Shown here: positions 37,226-45,605 of the stretch, one piece after another | Layout of the letters: each line of letters opens with the position of its first letter | Numbering within the stretch: the first letter of the stretch is position 1 | NCBI GenBank assembly: GCA_903926605.1 | Contig: CAIYJV010000031.1 | Span: forward strand, 8,178 to 72,177 | Length of the DNA stretch: 64,000 bases | Source of the DNA: an uncultured Bacteroidota bacterium | Lineage (GTDB): Bacteria > Bacteroidota > Bacteroidia > Chitinophagales > Chitinophagaceae | Direction: 5' to 3' | Position numbers and translations under genes: made by a program | The notes under the pieces: generated by a model | Told to the model about the DNA's origin: nothing | The model's database searches: none | Seen by the model: the letters and a program-made list of their open reading frames with translations, nothing else

Positions 37226-37789
37226 ATGTCGCGTCCGGTTCAGTATAACACGAATTTAAAACCGGCAGTAATCCCCGAGGGATATGCCGGCGAAGGTTAT
37301 TTTTCCACCACGTTCGATAAGATCGTGGAGTTGGGTCGTAAAAATTCGCTGTGGCCTTTGCCTTTCGCAACTTCCTGTTGCGGGATTGAGTTTATGGCCA
37401 CGATGGCATCCCACTACGATCTGGGCCGGTTCGGAGCCGAAAGACTTGGTTTCACGCCCCGCCAGTGCGATGTGTTGCTGGTTGCAGGCACTATCTCTAA
37501 AAAACTGGGCCCCGTACTCCGTCAGGTATATCTCCAGATGGCAGAACCTCGTTGGGTGATCGCAATGGGTGCCTGTGCATGTACTGGTGGCATTTTCGAT
37601 TCTTATTCTGTACTGCAGGGTATTGACCAGATCATTCCGGTAGATATTTATGTACCGGGATGTCCGCCAAGACCGGAAGGCCTGATAGACGGCGTACTAA
37701 AACTTCAGGAACTTGTCCAGGGCGAAAGTCTCCGGAGAAGAAATAATCCTGTTTACCAGCAGCTAATGGAAAGCTACGGAATTCAGTAA
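37226..37789 (+). CDS. nuoB: NADH-quinone oxidoreductase subunit B
   Basis: Cluster N2 ligand motifs SCCGIEF, GACACTGG and PGCPP. Confidence 0.95.
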   Translation: MSRPVQYNTNLKPAVIPEGYAGEGYFSTTFDKIVELGRKNSLWPLPFATSCCGIEFMATMASHYDLGRFGAERLGFTPRQCDVLLVAGTISKKLGPVLRQVYLQMAEPRWVIAMGACACTGGIFDSYSVLQGIDQIIPVDIYVPGCPPRPEGLIDGVLKLQELVQGESLRRRNNPVYQQLMESYGIQ

Positions 37790-37896
37790 ATCCCTCCTCC
37801 CGGACCTCCGGAGAGAAGAGAACAGACACATTATTTTTTATGACGCCGTTACGCTCCACAAGCACCGGCAGAAAAGCTTCAGGGGAATATTTATTT

Positions 37897-38394
37897 ATGA
37901 CCAATGAAATAATTCAGCAGAAACTGACCGAAGTATTCGGTGAGCAGCTTACAGGTTGGGAAACGCCCTACGACATGCTCACGTTTACAGCGCCCCGGGA
38001 TAAAAACATAGAAGTGCTGAGGTTTATGCGCAGCGAGGGTATGGGCTTCAACTTTCTTACAGACCTTACCGCAGTTCACTATCCCGACCGCAAAGATGAA
38101 GAACTTTGTGTGGTCTACCTTTTGAACAATATGGTGGAAAGGGTACGTGTAAGGATGAAAGTGTACCTTCCGGTATCAAATCCAGACATAGATTCGGCAA
38201 CTCCGGTTTTTGCCACCGCAAACTGGCTGGAGCGCGAAGCCTATGATTTCTTCGGTGTCAACTTTGTCGGGCATCCAAACCTCATCAGGATCATGAACCC
38301 GGAAGAAATGGATTACTTCCCCATGAGAAAAGAATTCCCAATGGAAGATCCTACACGCAAAGACAAAGATGATGCCATGTTTGGCCGGGGATAA
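37897..38394 (+). CDS. nuoC: NADH-quinone oxidoreductase subunit C
   Basis: Start taken at ATG 37897 (MTNEIIQQKL). The ANWLEREAYDFFGVNFVGHPNL signature is present. Confidence 0.9.
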   Translation: MTNEIIQQKLTEVFGEQLTGWETPYDMLTFTAPRDKNIEVLRFMRSEGMGFNFLTDLTAVHYPDRKDEELCVVYLLNNMVERVRVRMKVYLPVSNPDIDSATPVFATANWLEREAYDFFGVNFVGHPNLIRIMNPEEMDYFPMRKEFPMEDPTRKDKDDAMFGRG

Positions 38395-38485
38395 ACGACC
38401 GGATTAGTTCTTAAAATTCAAAATCGAGGGTCGCAGCCACGAAAACCTGCGGTCCAAAACAAATCAAACTTCAATCTGGAGGTTT

Positions 38486-39742
38486 ATGACAGACAATACA
38501 CATACTCATCCGCATCACCATATCAAGCTTTCCGAAGAATCGCTTCAGAAGCAGACCACTACCATCAACCTGGGACCTACGCACCCGGCCACGCATGGGG
38601 TGTTCCAGAATATTATGGAGATAGATGGGGAAAGAGTGATCAGGACCACGCCATCGGTAGGCTATATTCACCGTGCATTCGAGAAAATCGCGGAACGCCG
38701 CCCGTTGTACCAGATCACCACGCTCACAGATCGGCTCAACTATTGTTCCTCCCCCATCAACAACATGGGCTGGCACATGACCGTAGAAAAACTACTGAAG
38801 ATCAACGTGCCCAAAAGGGTGCAATATATGCGTGTCATCATCATGGAACTGGCCCGTATAGCCGACCATCTGGTGTGCAACTCCGTTATTGCGGTAGATG
38901 CCGGCGCACTTACGCCGTTCACTTATGTATTTCAGTCGCGCGAGCATATTTATGAAATTTACGAGGAGATATGCGGATCACGTCTCACCACCAATATTGG
39001 CAGGGTAGGCGGTTTCGAACGCAATTTTCCTGCTCAGGCCTGGGAAAAGCTGGACAAGTTCATGCAGTCGTTCCCGAAGGTGATGAAGGAATTTGAAGAC
39101 CTCCTCAATCGCAACCGTATATTCGTAGACCGCTGCGTGGGTGCCGGACCCGTCAGTGCCGAAATGGCGCTGGAATACGGTATTACAGGGCCAAACCTCC
39201 GTGCGGCAGGCGTAGATTATGACGTAAGGGTGGCGCACCCCTATTGTTCTTATGAAGACTTCGATTTCATGGTTCCGGTAGGTACCACCGGTGACGTATA
39301 CGACCGCTACATGGTACGCAACCGCGAAATATGGGAAAGCTACAGTATCATTGTTCAGGCGCTCGAAAAAATCTCTAACATAGAACGTAGCGACCCTAAA
39401 CAAAAGGAGATTTTCTATGCGCAGGAAGCCGACCATTTTCACCTGCCACCTAAAAAAGATGTGTACACCAAGATGGAGGCCCTTATTTACCACTTCAAGA
39501 TCATTATGGGCGAAATAGACGCACCGAAGGGTGAAGTTTACCATAGTGTGGAAGGTGCCAACGGTGAACTGGGATTTTACCTGATTAGCGATGGTGGCCG
39601 CACTCCTTACAGATTGCATTTCCGTCGTCCATGCTTTATTTATTATCAGGCTTTCCCTGAGATCGTAAAAAACGGTCTGCTGAGTGATGCGATCGTAACG
39701 CTTAGTAGTATGAACGTAATAGCCGGAGAACTCGACGCATAA
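38486..39742 (+). CDS. nuoD: NADH-quinone oxidoreductase subunit D
   Basis: INLGPTHPATHGV motif about 28 aa from the start. 418 aa. His-rich N-terminus MTDNTHTHPHHH. Confidence 0.95.
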   Translation: MTDNTHTHPHHHIKLSEESLQKQTTTINLGPTHPATHGVFQNIMEIDGERVIRTTPSVGYIHRAFEKIAERRPLYQITTLTDRLNYCSSPINNMGWHMTVEKLLKINVPKRVQYMRVIIMELARIADHLVCNSVIAVDAGALTPFTYVFQSREHIYEIYEEICGSRLTTNIGRVGGFERNFPAQAWEKLDKFMQSFPKVMKEFEDLLNRNRIFVDRCVGAGPVSAEMALEYGITGPNLRAAGVDYDVRVAHPYCSYEDFDFMVPVGTTGDVYDRYMVRNREIWESYSIIVQALEKISNIERSDPKQKEIFYAQEADHFHLPPKKDVYTKMEALIYHFKIIMGEIDAPKGEVYHSVEGANGELGFYLISDGGRTPYRLHFRRPCFIYYQAFPEIVKNGLLSDAIVTLSSMNVIAGELDA

Positions 39743-39780
39743 CAACAACCATAACAACAGTACAGCAAAAAGTGCAACAG

Positions 39781-40284
39781 ATGAATATTCAATTTTCACC
39801 GGAAAAACTAAAGGAAGTAAACGAGCTGATCTCGCACTATCCCGAGGGCAAACAGAAAAGCGCACTGATACCCATTCTGCACATTGCGCAGGGCGAATTT
39901 GGTGGCTGGCTCGATGCGCCGGTTATGGACTATATAGCAGACATGCTCAAACTGCTTCCTATCGAAGTATATGAGGTGGCGACTTTTTATAGCATGCTCA
40001 ATACCAAGCCAGTCGGCACTTATGTTTTCGAAGTTTGCCGTACGGGACCCTGTATGCTCAATGGTAGCGATGATATCATAGATTACATCAAGAATAAGCT
40101 CGGTATCAACGAGGGCGAAACCACTCCGGATGGCTTGTTTACGCTTAAGCCCGCCGAGTGCCTTGGCGCTTGCGGCTATGCACCCATGATGCAGTTGGGC
40201 AAACATTATAAAGAGCATCTGACCCGTGACAAGGTAGATGCCATAATAGACGAATGCAGGAAAAACGCAGCCAGCAAAAACTAA
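39781..40284 (+). CDS. nuoE: NADH-quinone oxidoreductase subunit E
   Basis: The ORF track starts at GTG 39772. I prefer ATG 39781 (MNIQFSPEKL). 2Fe-2S ligands lie in VCRTGPCMLNG and CLGACGYAP. Confidence 0.9.
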   Translation: MNIQFSPEKLKEVNELISHYPEGKQKSALIPILHIAQGEFGGWLDAPVMDYIADMLKLLPIEVYEVATFYSMLNTKPVGTYVFEVCRTGPCMLNGSDDIIDYIKNKLGINEGETTPDGLFTLKPAECLGACGYAPMMQLGKHYKEHLTRDKVDAIIDECRKNAASKN

Positions 40285-40341
40285 CCGCATAGTAGTTGAA
40301 AAACAAACAATAAACATAAAAAGCCCCAAGGGGTTTGATAT

Positions 40342-41697
40342 ATGGGAGTAAAACTTTTATTAGAGCACGCAAATGTGGAGGGCATCCGGTACTACGACAC
40401 TTACCGCAGGGTAGGTGGATACCGTGCCGCCGAGAAAGCGCTGAAAATGTCTACTGCCGATGTGGTGGAAGAAGTAAAAAAGAGCGGTCTCCGTGGCCGT
40501 GGCGGTGCAGGCTTTCCTACCGGTATGAAGTGGAGTTTTCTGGCAAAGCCCGAAGGCGTTCCTCGCCACTTGGTGTGCAATGCCGACGAGTCTGAGCCCG
40601 GTACCTTCAAAGACCGTTATCTCATGGAGTTTCTTCCGCATCTCCTCATAGAAGGATTGCTGATCAGCTCTTATGCTCTTGGCAGCAACCATACCTACAT
40701 TTACATACGTGGTGAATACGCATGGATCGTAGACATTCTCAATCAGGCCATTGCTGAAGCAAAAAACAACGGCTGGCTGGGTAAAAACATTCTGGGTACT
40801 GGTTTCGATTGCGAAATATATGTGCATCGCGGTGCAGGAGCCTATATATGCGGCGAAGAAACAGCCCTAATCGAGTCGCTCGAAGGCAAGCGCGGCAATC
40901 CCAGGATGAAACCTCCATTCCCTGCAATTCAGGGTCTGTGGATGCGTCCAACTGTAGTAAACAACGTAGAGACACTTGCCGCAGTCGTGCCTATCCTGAA
41001 TATGGGTGGCGATGAATACGCGAAGATCGGGGTGGGTAAATCTACCGGTACCAAGTTGCTTTCTGCCTGCGGCAACATCAACAAGCCAGGGGTGTACGAA
41101 ATAGACATGACCATTCCTGTAGAGGAATTCATATACAGTGATGAGTATTGTGGCGGCATTCCAAAGGGCAAACGCCTTAAGGCTTGTATCCCCGGTGGTT
41201 CATCCGTGCCCATAGTACCCGCCAACCTGCTGTTCAAAACAGCAAAAGGCGAAACCCGCTACATGAACTACGAAAGCCTGTCCGACGGTGGTTTTGCTAC
41301 CGGTACCATGATGGGTTCCGGTGGTTTCATTGTATTGGACGAAGATCAATGTATCGTACGCAACACCATGACACTGGCGCGATTCTACAACCATGAGAGC
41401 TGCGGACAGTGCAGTCCCTGCCGCGAAGGCACCGGCTGGATGTACAAGATCCTGAAAAACATAGAATACGGAAAGGGCAAGATGTCTGATATTGATTTGC
41501 TCTGGGGTATCCAGAAAACAATTGACGGCACAACCATTTGTCCATTAGGCGATGCGGCTGCATGGCCTGTGGCTGCGGCTATCCGTCACTTCCGCGACGA
41601 ATTTGAATGGCATATTAATAACCCTGACGAAAGCCAGAAACATAACTTTGGGCTTGCACACTACGCCGACCCAAGGCCTGTACCGGCAGCAGTGTAA
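40342..41697 (+). CDS. nuoF: NADH-quinone oxidoreductase subunit F
   Basis: FMN/NADH site GRGGAGFPTG and N3 cluster motif ESCGQCSPCREG. Confidence 0.95.
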   Translation: MGVKLLLEHANVEGIRYYDTYRRVGGYRAAEKALKMSTADVVEEVKKSGLRGRGGAGFPTGMKWSFLAKPEGVPRHLVCNADESEPGTFKDRYLMEFLPHLLIEGLLISSYALGSNHTYIYIRGEYAWIVDILNQAIAEAKNNGWLGKNILGTGFDCEIYVHRGAGAYICGEETALIESLEGKRGNPRMKPPFPAIQGLWMRPTVVNNVETLAAVVPILNMGGDEYAKIGVGKSTGTKLLSACGNINKPGVYEIDMTIPVEEFIYSDEYCGGIPKGKRLKACIPGGSSVPIVPANLLFKTAKGETRYMNYESLSDGGFATGTMMGSGGFIVLDEDQCIVRNTMTLARFYNHESCGQCSPCREGTGWMYKILKNIEYGKGKMSDIDLLWGIQKTIDGTTICPLGDAAAWPVAAAIRHFRDEFEWHINNPDESQKHNFGLAHYADPRPVPAAV

Positions 41698-41773
41698 AAT
41701 TGGATGCCGCAGACCCGGTTTAGCGTCTGCGGAAATTGAAAAAAGCATTATTGAATTTACAGAAGTACCGACT

Positions 41774-42865
41774 ATGAGTGACCAGATGTTTAAAGTAACA
41801 ATAGACAACAAAACCATCGAAGTACCACCGGGTACCACGATACTCAACGCGGCCCGCATGATCGGACCCGAGGTGGCGCCGCCTGCGATGTGTTACTATA
41901 GTAAACTCAAGGAGAGTGGCGGTAAGTGCCGTACCTGCCTCGTAGAGGTGAGCAAGGGCTCTGAAAAAGATCCCCGCCCTATGCCTAAGCTGGTGGCCAG
42001 TTGTCGCACTACCGTAATGGACGGCATGGAAGTAAAGAACTTCACGTCTCCTAAAGTGGTAGAGGCGCGCAAGGGCATCGTGGAAATGCTCCTTATCAAT
42101 CACCCGCTCGATTGCCCGGTATGTGATCAGGCAGGCGAATGTCATCTCCAGGACCTTAGCTACGAACATGGTACTGAAGAGACTCGTTACGACTTCAATC
42201 GCAGGACTTTTGAAAAAGAAGACCTCGGTCCTTATGTACAACTGCACATGAACCGGTGCATACTGTGTTACCGTTGCGTATTCACCGCCAACCAGCTTAC
42301 CGGCAAGCGGGAACATGGTGTACTGGAAAGAGGCGACCATGCCGAAATAAGCACACTGCTCGGCAAATCGCTCGAAAGCGAATTTATCGGTAACATCATA
42401 GATGTTTGTCCTGTAGGTGCCTTAACCGACAAGACGTTCCGCTTCAAAAACCGTGTATGGTTCACCAAGCCCGTAGACGCACACCGCGATTGCCCCACCT
42501 GTAGTGGCAAAGCCCGTTTGTGGATGAGGGGCGAAGAGGTTTTCAGGGTCACAGCCCGCAAAGACCAGTGGGGTGAAGTGGAAGACTGGATATGCAATAC
42601 CTGCCGTTTTGAGAAAAAAGAAACCAAAGACTGGGTAGTCGAGGGTCCTTCGGAAATATCCCGAGCCAGTGTTATTTCACAGGGCCACTACGCAGGCAAT
42701 GTGGGAACCGAAAAACCCCAGGTGTTTATAGATAAGATCATAGGCAAACAACCCAAACTGCTGCTCGACATTCACTCGATCAGCGATGTGAACAAAAAAG
42801 GTGTTACGCTTTCAAAAATCGACGGACCGGCACATTCCGACGATTTTGGTTTGAAAAACAAATAA
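41774..42865 (+). CDS. nuoG: NADH-quinone oxidoreductase subunit G, short form (Fe-S domains only)
   Basis: Start taken at ATG 41774 (MSDQMFKVTIDNKTIEV); the ORF-track start at 41552 would overlap nuoF. 2Fe-2S ligands CYYSKLKESGGKCRTC...SCRT, then HPLDCPVCDQAGEC and NRCILCYRCV...CPVGAL. Only 363 aa. Confidence 0.9.
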   Translation: MSDQMFKVTIDNKTIEVPPGTTILNAARMIGPEVAPPAMCYYSKLKESGGKCRTCLVEVSKGSEKDPRPMPKLVASCRTTVMDGMEVKNFTSPKVVEARKGIVEMLLINHPLDCPVCDQAGECHLQDLSYEHGTEETRYDFNRRTFEKEDLGPYVQLHMNRCILCYRCVFTANQLTGKREHGVLERGDHAEISTLLGKSLESEFIGNIIDVCPVGALTDKTFRFKNRVWFTKPVDAHRDCPTCSGKARLWMRGEEVFRVTARKDQWGEVEDWICNTCRFEKKETKDWVVEGPSEISRASVISQGHYAGNVGTEKPQVFIDKIIGKQPKLLLDIHSISDVNKKGVTLSKIDGPAHSDDFGLKNK

Positions 42866-42984
42866 AAAACCCCGCGCGAAAATGAAAATGCGACCTGGCA
42901 ATTACCTTTTTGTAAGCAGCTTTTGCAGCAGCCCGGCACACCGTAATTATTTGCGTTGCACTATAAAAAATTAACTAACTAAAT

Positions 42985-42992
42985 TATTTTTG
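42985..42992 (+). promoter_or_regulatory. Candidate internal -7 box (TATTTTTG) in the nuoG-nuoH spacer
   Basis: Exact match 8 nt upstream of the nuoH ATG, inside an unusually long 134-nt intra-operon gap. Confidence 0.25.
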
Positions 42993-42999
42993 TATCGTT

Positions 43000-44070
43000 A
43001 TGCTGTTCCTCAATTTTAATGCAGCGTTCATAATAGAAAAAGCGATCCTGATCACAGTGGTCATACTTGGTGCGCTCGTTGTAGCCATGTATGCCACCTG
43101 GGCCGAAAGAAAGGTATCTGCGGTAATGCAGGATCGTATCGGTCCCAACCGTGCGGGCCCATTCGGGCTTTTTCAGCCGCTTGCCGATGGTATGAAGCTC
43201 TTCTTCAAAGAAGAAATTACCCCTGACCGTTCTACCCGTTTCATTTTCCTGCTCGGTCCCTGTCTCGCGATGCTCACGGCATGTATGACCAGCGCCGTTG
43301 TGCCCTGGGGCCCCGACTATATTACTTCCTCCGGCTACGCTTTGCGTTTTCAGGTCGCTGATATCAATATCGGTATCCTGTTCGTATTTGGCGTGGTGAG
43401 TCTCGGCGTGTATGGTGTCATGCTGGGCGGTTGGGCTTCAAACAACAAGTTTTCACTGCTGAGTAGTATCCGTGCGGCTTCGCAGGCAATATCCTACGAA
43501 CTGGCAATGGGCCTCAGTCTGATCGCAATGCTCATGATGACAGGTTCGCTTAGTCTTCGCGAAATAGTGAGTCAGCAGCATGGTTTCTGGGATATCCACT
43601 ACTTCTCCTGGAATTTCTTTAAACAACCCCTCGCTTTCATCATTTTCTTCACCTGTGCACTGGCCGAACTGAATCGTACTCCTTTCGATCTGCCGGAATG
43701 CGACTCTGAGTTGAACATGGGCTACCATCAGGAGTATTCGTCCATGAAGCTGGGATTCTATCTGTTTGCAGAGTATATCAATATGTTCGTAAGCTCTGCC
43801 ATCATGGTTACACTGTTCTTTGGTGGTTATAATTTCCCGTTCATGGATGCGGTACAGGAAGCTGTGCCCGGTCTGGCCTTCAGCGCTATATGTATAATGG
43901 TATTGCTTGCGAAAGTAGTGTTGATGATACTTTTTATCATGGCGATCCGTTGGACGCTGCCACGTTTCAGGTACGATCAGCTCATGAAGCTGGGTTGGAA
44001 ATCGCTCATTCCGCTTGCATTGGTCAATATGCTCATTACAGGTGCTGTAATTTTGTGGATAGGTAATTAG
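43000..44070 (+). CDS. nuoH: NADH-quinone oxidoreductase subunit H
   Basis: 356 aa, polytopic. Conserved AERKVSAVMQDRIGPNR and LAELNRTPFDLPE. Confidence 0.95.
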   Translation: MLFLNFNAAFIIEKAILITVVILGALVVAMYATWAERKVSAVMQDRIGPNRAGPFGLFQPLADGMKLFFKEEITPDRSTRFIFLLGPCLAMLTACMTSAVVPWGPDYITSSGYALRFQVADINIGILFVFGVVSLGVYGVMLGGWASNNKFSLLSSIRAASQAISYELAMGLSLIAMLMMTGSLSLREIVSQQHGFWDIHYFSWNFFKQPLAFIIFFTCALAELNRTPFDLPECDSELNMGYHQEYSSMKLGFYLFAEYINMFVSSAIMVTLFFGGYNFPFMDAVQEAVPGLAFSAICIMVLLAKVVLMILFIMAIRWTLPRFRYDQLMKLGWKSLIPLALVNMLITGAVILWIGN

Positions 44071-44138
44071 AATTAGTAGAGAACGGAAAGTTGATTAGAT
44101 TCTGAACAAAGAATTTAACACATTCAGAAACAAAAAAC

Positions 44139-44636
44139 ATGCAAAAGCTAACTAACAAGTCAATACAAATAAACAGGGACCCACTCACTTTTTCAGAGAG
44201 GGTCTACCTGCCCGGTCTTGCAAAAGGACTGGCGATTACTTTAGGCCACGTGTTCAAAAAGAAGGCTACCGTGAGCTATCCCGAGGTAAAACGTCCGTTC
44301 AGCCCGGTATTCAGAGGACTTCATATTCTGAATCGTGACGAGGAAGGGCGCGAGCGTTGCACGGCATGCGGTCTGTGCGCATTGGCGTGTCCCGCGGAAG
44401 CCATCACTATGGAGGCCGCAGAACGCAAACCCGGTGAAGAACACCTTTACCGCGAGGAAAAATATGCTGCACGCTACGAAATAAATATGCTGCGCTGCAT
44501 TTTCTGTGGCTATTGCGAGGAAGCTTGTCCGAAGGATGCTGTTTACCTCTCCGAGTCGGTGATGCCGGCCAACTATACCAGAGAGAGTTTTATTTATAAG
44601 AAAGAAGATTTATTGATTCCCGGCAACAAAAAATAG
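44139..44636 (+). CDS. nuoI: NADH-quinone oxidoreductase subunit I
   Basis: Two 4Fe-4S ferredoxin motifs: CTACGLCALACP and CIFCGYCEEACP. Confidence 0.95.
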   Translation: MQKLTNKSIQINRDPLTFSERVYLPGLAKGLAITLGHVFKKKATVSYPEVKRPFSPVFRGLHILNRDEEGRERCTACGLCALACPAEAITMEAAERKPGEEHLYREEKYAARYEINMLRCIFCGYCEEACPKDAVYLSESVMPANYTRESFIYKKEDLLIPGNKK

Positions 44637-44644
44637 TCTGTACT

Positions 44645-45166
44645 ATGGATATTTTTGATATTTTATTTTGGTTTTTGTCTTTCGTGGCAGTAGGCTGTGC
44701 GCTGGGAGTGATCCTAAGCCGCAACCCTATTAACAGTGTACTGTTCCTGATCCTTACTTTTTTTGCCATCTCAGGGCATTACATCCTGATGAACGCCCAG
44801 TTTCTGGCGATCGTGAACATCATCGTGTACGCGGGTGCCATCATGGTACTCTTCCTGTTCGTTATCATGCTGATGAACCTAAACGCAGACGTGGAGCCTC
44901 AAAAGGGTCGTATCGTTCAGTTTGCGGGTGTGCTGTCCGGTGGTGTGTTCTTCCTTGTGTTGCTCGCAGCTACCAAGAGCGCCGCGTCGCAACAAATGGT
45001 AAAAACACCAACAGATATTGGTCTCATCACCAATCTGGGTAAAGTTTTGTTTACGGAATATGTACTTCCGTTCGAGATAAGCAGCGTCCTGTTTCTAAGT
45101 GCCATGATCGGTGCAATAGTCATAGGCAAAAAAGAGCCGCATCTCCATCAAACCGAGGCTAGATAA
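44645..45166 (+). CDS. nuoJ: NADH-quinone oxidoreductase subunit J
   Basis: 173 aa with 5 TM segments. Position and order fit the nuo array. Confidence 0.9.
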   Translation: MDIFDILFWFLSFVAVGCALGVILSRNPINSVLFLILTFFAISGHYILMNAQFLAIVNIIVYAGAIMVLFLFVIMLMNLNADVEPQKGRIVQFAGVLSGGVFFLVLLAATKSAASQQMVKTPTDIGLITNLGKVLFTEYVLPFEISSVLFLSAMIGAIVIGKKEPHLHQTEAR

Positions 45167-45251
45167 GCCCCTGGTATTGTTCTTAAAATAAATTGTATCA
45201 CTTTTCGGGCAGCTAAGATGGCCCGGCAAACACCGCAAGCGCGGATCTATT

Positions 45252-45557
45252 ATGAATGTAAATTCAACCGATTACCTGGTATTAAGTCTCTTGTTATTCT
45301 GCATAGGAATAATGGGGGCCCTCATGCGCCGCAACGCGATCATCATCTTTATGTGCATCGAGTTGATGCTCAATTCGGTCAACCTGCTTTTGGTGTCATT
45401 TTCCAGATTCTACAATGATATCAACGCACAGTTGTTCGTATTCTTTATCATGGTCGTGGCAGCGGCTGAGGTAGCGGTGGGACTGGCTGTAATTGTCATG
45501 ATGTACCGAAAGGTTCATTCTGTGGATATCAATATACTCAACAGGCTAAAACATTAA
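45252..45557 (+). CDS. nuoK: NADH-quinone oxidoreductase subunit K
   Basis: 101 aa with 3 TM segments. Conserved IELMLNSVNL and AAAEVAVGLA. Confidence 0.95.
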   Translation: MNVNSTDYLVLSLLLFCIGIMGALMRRNAIIIFMCIELMLNSVNLLLVSFSRFYNDINAQLFVFFIMVVAAAEVAVGLAVIVMMYRKVHSVDINILNRLKH

Positions 45558-45605
45558 TCCCAACCCTCCTGGTACACTCATATTCGAAAGCTTAGAAACT
45601 ACTAT

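Noticed and set aside
41552-41773. An N-terminal extension of nuoG (ORF-track start 41552) overlapping the 3' end of nuoF by 146 nt. Analogous upstream extensions exist for nuoC (37840), gmd (33051), asnB (24250), Nif3 (22249), the Zn-ribbon gene (23412), polyprenyl synthase (21236), nuoE (39772) and the methyltransferase (5696).
   Set aside because: The extensions begin at GTG, TTG or out-of-context ATG codons and add residues not found at the N-termini of these conserved families. For example, AsnB must begin MCG. The internal ATGs give canonical N-termini and normal gene spacing.
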